53,938 bases of DNA from Candidatus Sumerlaeaceae bacterium (GCA_051003195.1 JBPCLP010000007.1:1-53938), one strand, 5' to 3'. Counted from the first letter of the stretch, positions 9,376-18,974 are shown. Made by a program: numbers and translations. Notes: generated by a model not told the origin, from the sequence alone.

Positions 9376-10338
9376 TCAGCCGCCGACGCTTGCTGCTTCC
9401 TCCACGGAATGCGCCTTGGCAACCTGGCTGGACTTCCTGGATTTGCCACGCACTGTGACCACTGTTTTGCCGTTTTTTAGTTTCTTCATTGTTACGTTAC
9501 TCGAGCCGACTGTGCGTGCCGCTTGAAGAGGCAGGGCCGCTGGAACCGAAGCAGTCTCGATACGCACCGCCCGATCACGGACCTTGTCCCTTACCAACGT
9601 TGTAGGTGCTTCTGGGTGCAACTCAAACTCGGCGAAGTGCCGCGGCAGAAAATCGTAGCGCAGCCACGCCAGGTAGGCGCATGCCACTTCGATGTTCTTC
9701 TGCGGCTCGAACACGCTCTTGCCGTAATTCCATTCCAGCTTGTAGCGCTTCCGAATTTCGGACCACACACACGGCATCACCTGCATCAGGCCTCGAGCGC
9801 CTGCACTGGAAACACTCGTTTTCCTGAAGTCGGATTCCGCCTTCATGATCGCACGGATCATCTGCGGATCCAGACCGTACTTAGCTGCTGAGGCAATGAT
9901 GTAGGGCTCGTAAGGCGTATCCGACAGATCCTGCTGGTAATACTTCATTACCCGCGGAACATAGTTCTGCGTTTCCCGATAAGGCACGCGGCCTTTGTAC
10001 TTTAACAGGGCATACGGACCAGCATTGTACGATTGCAGCCACAGTCGGGCCTCCTCGTACGTCAGCGTCGTAGCTCCTGTGCCCTGCGCGAGTCCAATAA
10101 CGGACTCCCATACTGCCGATGCACTGGCGAGTGCATCTTTCCCCGAATTCAGCGCAACCTGTGTTTGATCGGCCAAAAACTCACGAATCGCCTTCGCATC
10201 CGAAAGCGGCTCGCCGGATGGCGGGGTATTGGCGGCGAGGTTCGCTGAGGCAGCAGCGCCCTTACCGTGAGCCAGCACCGCAATCGCGATGTGCAGGCCC
10301 ATGGTTAGCCGTGGCCGTCTTTTGAATAATCGTCTCAA
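9376..10338 (-). CDS. Lytic transglycosylase (SLT/GH23) with circularly permuted domain
   Basis: AES catalytic motif, GARGLMQVMP and NIEVACAYL; SYNAGP and ETQNYV are present but N-terminal to the catalytic Glu; TTG start after AGGAG. Confidence 0.9.
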   Translation of the reverse strand: MRRLFKRRPRLTMGLHIAIAVLAHGKGAAASANLAANTPPSGEPLSDAKAIREFLADQTQVALNSGKDALASASAVWESVIGLAQGTGATTLTYEEARLWLQSYNAGPYALLKYKGRVPYRETQNYVPRVMKYYQQDLSDTPYEPYIIASAAKYGLDPQMIRAIMKAESDFRKTSVSSAGARGLMQVMPCVWSEIRKRYKLEWNYGKSVFEPQKNIEVACAYLAWLRYDFLPRHFAEFELHPEAPTTLVRDKVRDRAVRIETASVPAALPLQAARTVGSSNVTMKKLKNGKTVVTVRGKSRKSSQVAKAHSVEEAASVGG

Positions 10339-10494
10339 TACTCGTCTCCTGCGTCACGTTTTGGTTGAGTATGCGCGCACTGCGCAAAATGAGGTTAACG
10401 GTCCTGCTCGAGGAAGGCCCCGTTTTCTTGTCCGGGTGGGCCTACTCACCGGGCCACATCTTATTCTGATCACGGACGGGGACCGAGAGGCCTG

Positions 10495-13032
10495 ATGACA
10501 ACCCTAATCGACCTGAGTGAAGCGAGCTGGTTGGTCTGCTCGCGTTCCCATACTCCCATGAAGCAGCCCGTCGCGATCGAAGAGAGCCCGACATGGCCAT
10601 GGTCGCCGATCCAGATTCCAAATGACATCCTAAGCCATTTATTATCAACAGGACAGATACAGGATCCGCTCATTGAACAGAACGACCTGATGTGCCGGTG
10701 GGTCGAAGATTTGGACTGGGTTTTCCGGGCCATTTTCGATGTGCCTGAGCCCGCGTTATCCACCGAAGAGGACCTGCTCCTGGTCGTTCAGGATATTGAT
10801 TGCTATGGTGAACTCTTCCTTAACGGTGGCCGGATCGGCAGTGTCAGTAACCAGTTTCGAATGCATAGGTTTGATATAGAAGAGTTTATAAAGCCTGGCA
10901 CAAATGAGCTGCTCATATATATTCGTTCTGCCAAACATGTGACCGAATTACTGGAACGCGCGCACGGAAAGTTACCTTCTGGCTTCGATACGGCCCGCGT
11001 ACACGCGAGACGCTGCCAATGCCTGACCGGCTGGGACTGGGCCGCGCGATTGAGCAGTGTGTCGATTATGAGCTTGCCGTCTATCGAACGCGAGCCCGCC
11101 CATCTGCTGCGGCATCCCTATGTGTACCTCAAAGAGTTGGCACCCGTTACGGTCGGAGCAACGTCCGCGGATAGTGTCATGCTTTCCGTCCAGGTGGACG
11201 TCCTCGGAAAGCGCAAGGCCACCGGCGTCATCACTCTCCAGGTACTCGACGACAGAGGTGTCATTGTCGCTGAAGCCAACCATGCAGTCACCATTAAGGC
11301 CGGCGAGTCGACCACCCGGGCTGCCCTGAGACTGGATCATGCGCAACTGTGGTGGCCACTTGGGCTCGGTGACCAGCCCATGTATAAACTCGTGCTCAGC
11401 TTGTCCGCAACGGACCGTGCGGGCGGGACCTCGGCCTCTGTTATACAAACAACGTTCGCCGTGCGGACAACAGGACTCGACCGCAAAAAAGACGCAGAAG
11501 GCGAAACTTTCATCCCAATGGTGAATGGCCACCCGGTATTCTGCCGCGGCGCAAACTGGATTCCCGTTTCGATGTTACCAGCCGAGCAGACAGGGGAGCA
11601 GTATCGTGGACTGATTGCGGCTGCCGCTGCCGCCGGCATGAACTGTCTGCGAATCTGGGGCGGCGGGCTGTATGAACCTGACCATTTCTATGACGTGTGT
11701 GACCGCCTCGGAATCCTCGTCTGGCAGGATTTCATGTTCGCCTGCGCGGCGTATCCGACTTACCGTGAGTTTGAAGATGAAGTTGAACTCGAAGCGCGCT
11801 ACCAGGTGCAGCGGCTGCGCAACCACCCGTGCCTGTTGCTTTGGTGCGGCAATAATGAAAACGAGTGGCTCCACCAGATAGGTGAACTCCGCAAGGGCAA
11901 TGAGAAGAACATCATAGGTGAACCGCTTTGGCGCAGCGTCCTCAAATCGATCGTTGAAGATCTCGATCCGTCGCGGCCATACCACCAATCCAGTCCGTTC
12001 GGTAAAAAGAAAACCGATTATAACGATCAGGGTACTGGCGACCGCCACAACTGGGAATGCTGGTCACGCTGGCAATCGCCCGAGATGTACATGAAGGACC
12101 GTGGGCGCTTTTTAAGCGAGTTTGGTTTCCAGGGCATGCCGGCGGCGGAAAGCATCCGGAAGTTTGCGGCAGCAGCAGCTGACATTGATGACCCCGTTCT
12201 GATTCACCACCAGAAGATGGTGCAGGGCCAGGAGCGCCTGGCGCGATATATGACGGAACTGCACAAGCTGCCGACGACATTCGAAGGCTGGATCGAAGGA
12301 ACACAACAGCTTCAGGCGGAGATCCTTCGGCGGGCGATTGAGCACTGGCGCCGTCGTAAGTTTGCCACCGCGGGCACATTGATCTGGCAATTGCACGACG
12401 CTTATCCCGCGGTCAGTTGGGCTCTGATTGACTATTATCGTGAACCAAAGCTGGCTTATCAAATGAGCCGAAGGTTTTTCTCGCCAGTATTGCTGACGAT
12501 CGGGCTCGAACTCGGTGACGAAGAAGTCGGGTCATTCCCACGGGAATCCTGGGCCTTGGCCGGCGAATCTCCCGTGGAGGGCGACGAACAGCCGGAATTT
12601 CACGCGGACAAGCGCATCGCAGTTTACCTCGTAAATGACACCCGCTTTGCGATCAACGGCGAACTGCGCATCGCATTCCGCCGCCCCGGGGGCGAAGAGC
12701 TTTCATCAGAAATCAGCCCGCTGTCTGCGGAACCCAATTCCAATTCCTCTGCCGCGGTTGTGCAGCTCTCCGAATTGAATGTGAGAAGTCTGTGCGATAT
12801 TTACATTCATGCGGAATTTACCCCCGATGAAGGTTCTCAAAGTGCAATTGACGATTTGCAGGCACGAATTCTTAGCAAATGCTCGAAGGTTCTACCGCCG
12901 AGTTTTGATAAATTCCGCAGCGTAGATTTCCACAGCGCTCTCCGTACAGACGCCCTGCTGGTGGAGTCGAAATACTTCCAGTGGTCGGACGGCATTATCG
13001 TAAATGGCGTAAACCGGCCGAGTTGGTATTAG
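10495..13032 (+). CDS. Glycoside hydrolase family 2, beta-mannosidase-like
   Basis: GWDWA, FCRGANWIP, LRIWGGGLYE, VWQDFMFAC, WCGNNENE, SEFGFQG motifs. Confidence 0.93.
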   Translation: MTTLIDLSEASWLVCSRSHTPMKQPVAIEESPTWPWSPIQIPNDILSHLLSTGQIQDPLIEQNDLMCRWVEDLDWVFRAIFDVPEPALSTEEDLLLVVQDIDCYGELFLNGGRIGSVSNQFRMHRFDIEEFIKPGTNELLIYIRSAKHVTELLERAHGKLPSGFDTARVHARRCQCLTGWDWAARLSSVSIMSLPSIEREPAHLLRHPYVYLKELAPVTVGATSADSVMLSVQVDVLGKRKATGVITLQVLDDRGVIVAEANHAVTIKAGESTTRAALRLDHAQLWWPLGLGDQPMYKLVLSLSATDRAGGTSASVIQTTFAVRTTGLDRKKDAEGETFIPMVNGHPVFCRGANWIPVSMLPAEQTGEQYRGLIAAAAAAGMNCLRIWGGGLYEPDHFYDVCDRLGILVWQDFMFACAAYPTYREFEDEVELEARYQVQRLRNHPCLLLWCGNNENEWLHQIGELRKGNEKNIIGEPLWRSVLKSIVEDLDPSRPYHQSSPFGKKKTDYNDQGTGDRHNWECWSRWQSPEMYMKDRGRFLSEFGFQGMPAAESIRKFAAAAADIDDPVLIHHQKMVQGQERLARYMTELHKLPTTFEGWIEGTQQLQAEILRRAIEHWRRRKFATAGTLIWQLHDAYPAVSWALIDYYREPKLAYQMSRRFFSPVLLTIGLELGDEEVGSFPRESWALAGESPVEGDEQPEFHADKRIAVYLVNDTRFAINGELRIAFRRPGGEELSSEISPLSAEPNSNSSAAVVQLSELNVRSLCDIYIHAEFTPDEGSQSAIDDLQARILSKCSKVLPPSFDKFRSVDFHSALRTDALLVESKYFQWSDGIIVNGVNRPSWY

Positions 13033-13039
13033 CCTCCCT

Positions 13040-13537
13040 GTGAGTGCGCCTTTCTTTGAGCCGGTCCGCGTACTGTTCGTATGCATGGGAAATATTTGCC
13101 GCTCCCCCACCGCAGAGGCGGTCATGAAAAAGCTGGTCGTTGAATCAGGGCTCGCCGACAAAATCTTCGTTGATAGTGCGGGCACCCATGGCTACCATGT
13201 GGGCGGACGATCCGATGCGCGCAGCCGGGCTGCAGGTGAAAAGCGTGGCTACGTGTTTGATCACTTCGCGCGCAAGGTCGAAAAGAACGACTTTCATGAA
13301 TTCGATTATATCCTGGCGGCGGACGATGAGAACATGGCCGAACTCCTTCGGATCGAGCCACGCGGACCACATCGTGCAAAGCTGTCACTGCTGCTGAGCC
13401 ACTGCCCTGCCGCCGGCTGTAGCCAAGTACCTGACCCATATTACGGCGGGCCTGGCGGGTTCGAGCAAGTGCTGGATCTTCTTGAAACAGCCTGCAACGA
13501 CTTGCTTCAGCACATTCGGACAGATCACGGGCTATGA
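13040..13537 (+). CDS. Low molecular weight protein-tyrosine phosphatase
   Basis: VLFVCMGNICRSPTAE P-loop, DSAGT, VPDPYYGG. Confidence 0.95.
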   Translation: MSAPFFEPVRVLFVCMGNICRSPTAEAVMKKLVVESGLADKIFVDSAGTHGYHVGGRSDARSRAAGEKRGYVFDHFARKVEKNDFHEFDYILAADDENMAELLRIEPRGPHRAKLSLLLSHCPAAGCSQVPDPYYGGPGGFEQVLDLLETACNDLLQHIRTDHGL

Positions 13538-14442
13538 TTCCCGCGACGCTTGCAGAAGCGGTGCAGCGCCTGGTTACGGAGCGCGAAAGGAAATCCATCC
13601 GAATTTCTGCATCACGAACAGCGCGAGGTGGCTCCATTAACTCAGCGGTGCATCTCGAATGCTCCAATGGCATGCATCTGTTTCTGAAGTACAATGACGA
13701 AGCACCTGCAGACATGTTCCAGAAGGAAGCACGTGGGCTCCAACTGCTGGCCTCCGCAAACAGCATCAGGGTGCCCGCGGTCTATTATACAACTCCAGCC
13801 GACGCACCCCAGCAGTTTCTGCTTCTCGAGGATGTGCTGGCGCAGGGCCCCGAAAGGTCGAGCAAGTCTGCGTTCATGTCCCTCGGCGCGGGCCTGGCCG
13901 GGGTACATCGAATGACGAGCCACTTGTACGGGCTCGACCAACATAACTACCTGGGTCCGACGCGTCAGCCAAACAACGTTTCCGATAACTGGGCAAGCTT
14001 CTTCGTCGAACACCGCCTGCAGTACATTCTGGATCTCATGGCCGAACGGGGATGTGATCAGACGGAGCTGACGGTTTTCCGAGACTTTGTTCCAGCCGTT
14101 CAAGAGTTGCTGGACGAAAGGATTCCAGAGCCGCCATCGCTCGTCCACGGCGATCTTTGGGGCGGAAATGTTCTACACACTCGCTCAAGAGAACCGGTGT
14201 TGATTGACCCGGCACTATACTATGGAGATCGCGAAGTAGATATCGCGATGACGCGGCTCTTTGGCGGATTCAGCAATGAGTTTTACGCCGATTACGAAGC
14301 AGCTTATCCACTAACTGAGGGCTGGCGCGAACGCCAGGACGTCTACAATCTATACCATCTGCTTCACCATGCGCTGCTCTTCGGCGGAGGCTATCTCACG
14401 CAAGCATCGAACATCGTGAAGCGGTACTCACGCCGAACTTAG
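13534..14442 (+). CDS. Fructosamine/ribulosamine 3-kinase family protein
   Basis: GGSINSA, F.KEARGL, PSLVHGDLWGGN, IDPALYYGDREVDIAM; ATGA overlap with the LMW-PTP. Confidence 0.93.
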   Translation: MIPATLAEAVQRLVTERERKSIRISASRTARGGSINSAVHLECSNGMHLFLKYNDEAPADMFQKEARGLQLLASANSIRVPAVYYTTPADAPQQFLLLEDVLAQGPERSSKSAFMSLGAGLAGVHRMTSHLYGLDQHNYLGPTRQPNNVSDNWASFFVEHRLQYILDLMAERGCDQTELTVFRDFVPAVQELLDERIPEPPSLVHGDLWGGNVLHTRSREPVLIDPALYYGDREVDIAMTRLFGGFSNEFYADYEAAYPLTEGWRERQDVYNLYHLLHHALLFGGGYLTQASNIVKRYSRRT

Positions 14443-14468
14443 AACCATGTCCGCGTTAAAGCCGGTCC

Positions 14469-14780
14469 TCACATCAAGCCAGGAATTTTGATCCCACCCG
14501 TGACTTTTGACATCTGGTCCTGGCTTAGCTCTTTTGACTTCTCCAATGCCAGGTTCACGGCAGCGATAACAAGGTCCTCCAGCATTTCCACGTCGTCAGG
14601 GTCTATCGCGTCAGGTTTGATCTTCAAGGAGACCAGCTCCTGGTTACCATTCACGGTCGCCGTTACCATGCCACCGCCGGAAGAAGCATCCACATTGGTG
14701 CTCTTCATCTCTTCCTGCACCTTCTCCATACGCTCCTGCAGTTCCTTCTGCATTTTCTGGAGCTGCTTTGCGTCGAACAT
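14469..14780 (-). CDS. ybaB: YbaB/EbfC nucleoid-associated protein
   Basis: SSGGGMVTATVNG, DDVEMLEDLVIAAVN; directly downstream of dnaX. Confidence 0.95.
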   Translation of the reverse strand: MFDAKQLQKMQKELQERMEKVQEEMKSTNVDASSGGGMVTATVNGNQELVSLKIKPDAIDPDDVEMLEDLVIAAVNLALEKSKELSQDQMSKVTGGIKIPGLM

Positions 14781-14789
14781 ATCTTCTCC

Positions 14790-16967
14790 TTAAAAACTCT
14801 TGGCGCGGAAACTGAATGACGAATCTTCGATTTTGAAAACATCTTTTACGTTCTGCACAAGTTCCCTCAGATCGGGCTGGTTTTCAAGAAACTTGCGGAA
14901 CGCTTCGCCTTTTATCTCCCGCACTGCTTTCTCGCGCAGCTCCGGCGACATATAAATAGTTTGTGCGGGCTCGATTTCCTCCCCCGCGACCACCGAAGCG
15001 CTGCTGGAAACCGGTTCGACATTGGGTGTTGTCGGCGCTACAGGCATCGACGGACGCATTTGCACGATAGAGGCTTCCGCGACTGAAAACGCGACAGGCG
15101 CCGCAGCAATCTCACTCCGCTCTCCTGCACTGGCTCCAAAGTCGGCCGTTTCCACCCGGAAGTTTATCTCCTGCCCACACAGCTCCTGCGCGAACTGTTT
15201 AATAAGTGCCATGTTTTGCGGGCGATTCAGATGCGTAAAACCAAACTTGTCCCGCGAATCAACAGACAGCACCGCGGTTTTGCCGTCGAAATACTGAATG
15301 CGCGTACAATCCAGCAGCGTGATGTGCAGCATGCTGCTGCCTTCAGTGCGCTGTTGCAGGTACGTAAGCAGCTCGTTCGCGCTGCAGCTGGAACCGTCGG
15401 TCCGTGGTGCCTTTGAAGCAGCAACTGGCGCCGCAGGTGCTTCCCGCACCTCCTGAACACGAGCCGCTTCCAGATTCGCAGGACGCTCGGGTACGGACGT
15501 CTCTTCGGCTTCCGCACGTGTGGACTTCGGCGGCGCCGACTTTTGCACCTGCGGCGCAGCAGTGTTGCTTACAGCAGATGTTTTTGCAGCTACCTGGCCG
15601 CCGCCCCCCGGCGGGGTACCACCGCCTAATGCTCGCTCGACAGCTTCAAGGCGCTGCAATATCTGCTGCACGTCGTCCACGGCATCTACCACACCTAACC
15701 GCATTACGGCCAGCTCCAGCAGGAATCGCGGATGTGCCGCGGTTTTCATTTCCTCGGACAGGCGTAAGAAACCCGTCGCGACGTTCATCAGGAAAGCGGG
15801 GGGCAGCTCATCGGCAAGCGAGCGCAAAAGTGCATACCGATCTTCGGAAACATTTACCAGTTCAGAGCGGCCCGGTGCCGTTCTCACAATGAGCAGGTCG
15901 CGAATGTGCTCACACACGCTCTTCACAAAGAGCTCAAGGTCTTGCCCGGAAGAAGCAAACTGGTCGATCATCACCAGCAGCCCGTCAATATTCCTCGCAT
16001 ACATTTCCCGCAGGAAGGCGTCCAGTGCGTCGTTCTCAGCCAGGCCCAGAAACTTCCGCACGCTCTCGAAATCCAACGATCCCTGGGCGAAGACAAGCAC
16101 CTGGTCCAGCGCCACTTGTGCGTCGCGCATTCCACCTTCCGCATTACGCGCAACAAGGTCGAGAATCTTGCCGCGGTCCTCGTCTGTCACCGTAAGGGCG
16201 CGACTCTTAAGCTCCTTTTGCAGGATCATGTCGAGCTGCGACTTCAGCTCCTGCGTAGAAAACCGGCGGAATAGAAATGTCTGGCACCGCGAGACAATCG
16301 TCTCAGGCACTTTGTGGAGCTCTGTGGTAGCGAGGATGAAAATTACCTGGGACGGCGGTTCTTCCAGCGTTTTCAGCAGCGCATTAAAGGCCTGTGTAGA
16401 GAGCATGTGCACTTCGTCGACAATGTAGACCTTGAACCTTGAAAATGGGGCCAGCACGACGCCGCTGCGAAGATCCCGGATATTATCGACGCCCGTGTTG
16501 GACGCCGCATCGATCTCAATGACATCGAGGCTGCTTCCCACCGTAATCGCTTGGCACGATGCGCAGTGTCCGCATGGGTCCGGGCGTGGTCCCCCGTTCT
16601 GGCAATTCACGGCTTTCGCAAGGATGCGGGCCGTGGACGTCTTGCCCGTCCCACGCGGCCCGCTGAACAGATACGAGTGGGAGATCTGGCCGGTGGCAAT
16701 AGCGCCGCGCAATGCACGTTGCACATTTTCCTGCCCAACAATCTCATCAAAAGTTTGCGGGCGGTATTTACGTGCCAGCACGACGTACCCATCGCGTGCA
16801 GGCGCAGCGTCATTCAATTCTTCGGCAGCGTCTACGATAGCCTGGGGGGTCGGGTTCTTCTCTGGAGGAGTCGATTTTGAGGCTTGAGGCTCTTCACCAA
16901 AAAAGCCTGCATCCTCGGCTTCCGGCTCGCCGCCGAGCAAATCTTCCAGCTCTCTACCTTTTGCCAC
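14790..16967 (-). CDS. dnaX: DNA polymerase III subunit gamma/tau
   Basis: LARKYRPQTF, GPRGTGKTS, Zn-binding Cys, EIDAAS, IVDEVHML, SRC motif; GTG start. Confidence 0.97.
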   Translation of the reverse strand: MAKGRELEDLLGGEPEAEDAGFFGEEPQASKSTPPEKNPTPQAIVDAAEELNDAAPARDGYVVLARKYRPQTFDEIVGQENVQRALRGAIATGQISHSYLFSGPRGTGKTSTARILAKAVNCQNGGPRPDPCGHCASCQAITVGSSLDVIEIDAASNTGVDNIRDLRSGVVLAPFSRFKVYIVDEVHMLSTQAFNALLKTLEEPPSQVIFILATTELHKVPETIVSRCQTFLFRRFSTQELKSQLDMILQKELKSRALTVTDEDRGKILDLVARNAEGGMRDAQVALDQVLVFAQGSLDFESVRKFLGLAENDALDAFLREMYARNIDGLLVMIDQFASSGQDLELFVKSVCEHIRDLLIVRTAPGRSELVNVSEDRYALLRSLADELPPAFLMNVATGFLRLSEEMKTAAHPRFLLELAVMRLGVVDAVDDVQQILQRLEAVERALGGGTPPGGGGQVAAKTSAVSNTAAPQVQKSAPPKSTRAEAEETSVPERPANLEAARVQEVREAPAAPVAASKAPRTDGSSCSANELLTYLQQRTEGSSMLHITLLDCTRIQYFDGKTAVLSVDSRDKFGFTHLNRPQNMALIKQFAQELCGQEINFRVETADFGASAGERSEIAAAPVAFSVAEASIVQMRPSMPVAPTTPNVEPVSSSASVVAGEEIEPAQTIYMSPELREKAVREIKGEAFRKFLENQPDLRELVQNVKDVFKIEDSSFSFRAKSF

Positions 16968-17055
16968 TCAGTGCCCTCTTCTGTGAGAAGTCATGCCGCG
17001 CAATACTGCACGTGCACGATGTCCTCCCGCCGTGGACATGCGCAATAAAAGAAAA

Positions 17056-17235
17056 CGAGCCTCCGCACCGCCGTGACAACCGAGTCGTGTTGAACCTTCG
17101 TTTAGAAGGGGGTGCCCGCATATCCGCTTCATGGTCCCCGAGGGGTCCATCCACGGAAGGATTTAAGGCTCCCTATTTTTTTAGAGAGTATCGGCTCAGA
17201 ACTGAATCAATTGGCACTAACGTAGCAGAGGCCCG
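17056..17235 (-). ncRNA. ssrS: 6S RNA
   Basis: About 180-nt rod: 5' GGGCCUCUGC pairs with 3' GCGGAGGCUC; UGAGCC pairs with GGUUCA; A-rich central bubble followed by AUAGGGAGCC; 3' UCACGGC motif. Confidence 0.82.
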
Positions 17236-17245
17236 AAACTTTTCG

Positions 17246-17274
17246 AGGTTATCCTCAACGGGTCCCTTCTACAA
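17246..17274 (-). promoter_or_regulatory. Sigma70-type promoter for 6S RNA (and possibly dnaX-ybaB)
   Basis: Minus strand TTGTAG-17 nt-TAACCT just upstream of the predicted 6S 5' end. Confidence 0.55.
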
Positions 17275-17434
17275 CGCCCAGCCGGAGTTTATCAAAGTTT
17301 TCCAATAATTACGGCGGGAATCGTAAATCTTTTCGCGTAAACACAACTCCTGAAAAGACTTACGAATAGCACACGTACCAGCATGTAGCGAATTCCGGTT
17401 CAGGGTAATGCCTGATCCAGGATCGCAGGAATCC

Positions 17435-17500
17435 GGAAAGTCGAAGACAGCAGGTCGGGCGGCGAAAGCCAAACATAAAATGCCCCTGCCAAGATGATCC
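17435..17500 (+). promoter_or_regulatory. Ribosomal protein L10 leader (autogenous control RNA)
   Basis: GTCGAAGACAGCAGG...TAAAA...CCTGCCAAGAT pattern upstream of rplJ. Confidence 0.75.
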
Positions 17501-17663
17501 AGTTGTCCCGTTCACGGGACAGTTTGACTGATTCCCTGCCCGTGTTGAACGGCCTCCCGCTTGCGGGAATGCCTTCGCTGCGTGGCGCGGAGCGTGTCAG
17601 ACCGGACGTCTCACTCGCCGGTTCTGATGCTATCTGCAGCCTACAGCGAAGGAGGTGAACTGA

Positions 17664-18191
17664 ATGCCAAAGCCAGCAAAAATAACGGCGGTTGCCGAAG
17701 CACGCGAAAAACTATCGCGCGCCAAGTCGATCATCGTGACCGACTACCGCGGACTTACCGTCGGCAACATGACTGACCTGCGCAATCGCTTGCGCAAGGA
17801 AGGCGTGGAGTACAAGATCATTAAGAACCGCCTGGCCAAAATTGCCCTCAAGGAAGCCGGCATGAACACCATGGACGACTACCTGAAAGGCACCACGGCT
17901 CTCGCGTTCGGGATGAAAGACCCCGTTGGTCCTGCAAAGGTGCTGACTGCCTACAGCAAGGAGAACGACAAGCTGAAGCTGATCGGCGGATTGATGGACA
18001 ATCGTCTGCTGCGTCTGCACGACATCAGCGAATTGTCTTCCATGCCGTCGCGCGAAGTGCTGCTGAGCCGAATGCTGGGAAGTCTGACCAGCCCGGTCCA
18101 GAAGCTCGCGTATGGTCTTCATCAGACGGTCGCGAAGGTCGTTTATGCGTTCGACGCAGTCGCACGCAAAAAGGCCGAACAAGCCGCCTGA
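17664..18191 (+). CDS. rplJ: 50S ribosomal protein L10
   Basis: DYRGLTV, LRNRLR, IKNRLAKIA, MPSREVLLSRMLG; RBS GGAGGTG. Confidence 0.97.
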   Translation: MPKPAKITAVAEAREKLSRAKSIIVTDYRGLTVGNMTDLRNRLRKEGVEYKIIKNRLAKIALKEAGMNTMDDYLKGTTALAFGMKDPVGPAKVLTAYSKENDKLKLIGGLMDNRLLRLHDISELSSMPSREVLLSRMLGSLTSPVQKLAYGLHQTVAKVVYAFDAVARKKAEQAA

Positions 18192-18207
18192 GCGGCAGAG
18201 TAATACG

Positions 18208-18330
18208 ATGAAAATAGGACTGAGAGTAAAGACAGGTTTATTTCTCGTAGGTACTGTGCTCGTGGCTCTACTGCTGATGTGCGTGACCTATGTTGGATAC
18301 AAAGTTTACGTCCAACATGACTGGTTTTAA
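18208..18330 (+). CDS. Possible 40-aa single-pass membrane peptide between rplJ and rplL
   Basis: MKIGLRVKTGLFLVGTVLVALLLMCVTYVGYKVYVQHDWF: basic N-terminus plus hydrophobic stretch; weak RBS. Confidence 0.35.
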   Translation: MKIGLRVKTGLFLVGTVLVALLLMCVTYVGYKVYVQHDWF

Positions 18331-18414
18331 TGTTGGGCAGTTGTCGCCCGAAGACAAACACTGGCACTAATATGGTGCAGGATATAAGCTGAATTTGAAA
18401 AGGAAATTAGAACC

Positions 18415-18807
18415 ATGGCGGACACAATCACCATCGACCAGATCATCGAGCGCATCGACTCGATGACCATTCTCGAGGTCAACGACCTCGTGAAGAAGAT
18501 TGAAGACAAGTACGGCGTAAGCGCAGCTCCAGTAGCCGTAGCCGGCGCACCTGCTGCTGGCGGCGGCGGTGCTGCGGCTCCTGCCGAAGAGCAGACCGAG
18601 TTTACGGTCATCCTGAAGGAATACCCTGCCGACAAGAAGATCGCGATCATCAAGGAAGTCCGTGCGATCACTGGCCTCGGACTCAAAGAAGCCAAGGACC
18701 TCGTCGAGGCTGCCCCCAAGGAAGTCTCCAAGGACGTCAGCAAGGACGACGCTGCGAAGTTCAGGAAGCAGCTCGAAGACGCTGGCGCCAAGGTCGACGT
18801 GCAGTAA
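18415..18807 (+). CDS. rplL: 50S ribosomal protein L7/L12
   Basis: [52 protein letters not shown]. Confidence 0.98.
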   Translation: MADTITIDQIIERIDSMTILEVNDLVKKIEDKYGVSAAPVAVAGAPAAGGGGAAAPAEEQTEFTVILKEYPADKKIAIIKEVRAITGLGLKEAKDLVEAAPKEVSKDVSKDDAAKFRKQLEDAGAKVDVQ

Positions 18808-18833
18808 CTCTTTTCGGCTGAGCTGAAATAAAT

Positions 18834-18872
18834 CGCGGATTTGGGGCTTCAGCTCCAAATCCGCGTTTTTTT
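18834..18872 (+). terminator. Intrinsic terminator after rplL
   Basis: CGCGGATTTGGGGC-TTCA-GCTCCAAATCCGCG followed by T7. Confidence 0.88.
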
Positions 18873-18974
18873 ATTAGTCGGACTCGAGCACGGCTCACAA
18901 TGCCGCGACGTTTACTTGCGCGCTCGTGCATTGGCCTTCATTGATTTAAATTTTGCAGACGATGGCCGTTCACT

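Noticed and set aside
14790..16967. Programmed frameshift producing the gamma subunit
   Set aside because: No A-AAA-AAG or long A-run seen in the post-domain-III region
17056..17235. SRP RNA (ffs), expected upstream of dnaX
   Set aside because: No CAGG..GNRA..AGCAG domain IV motif; length and central bubble fit 6S
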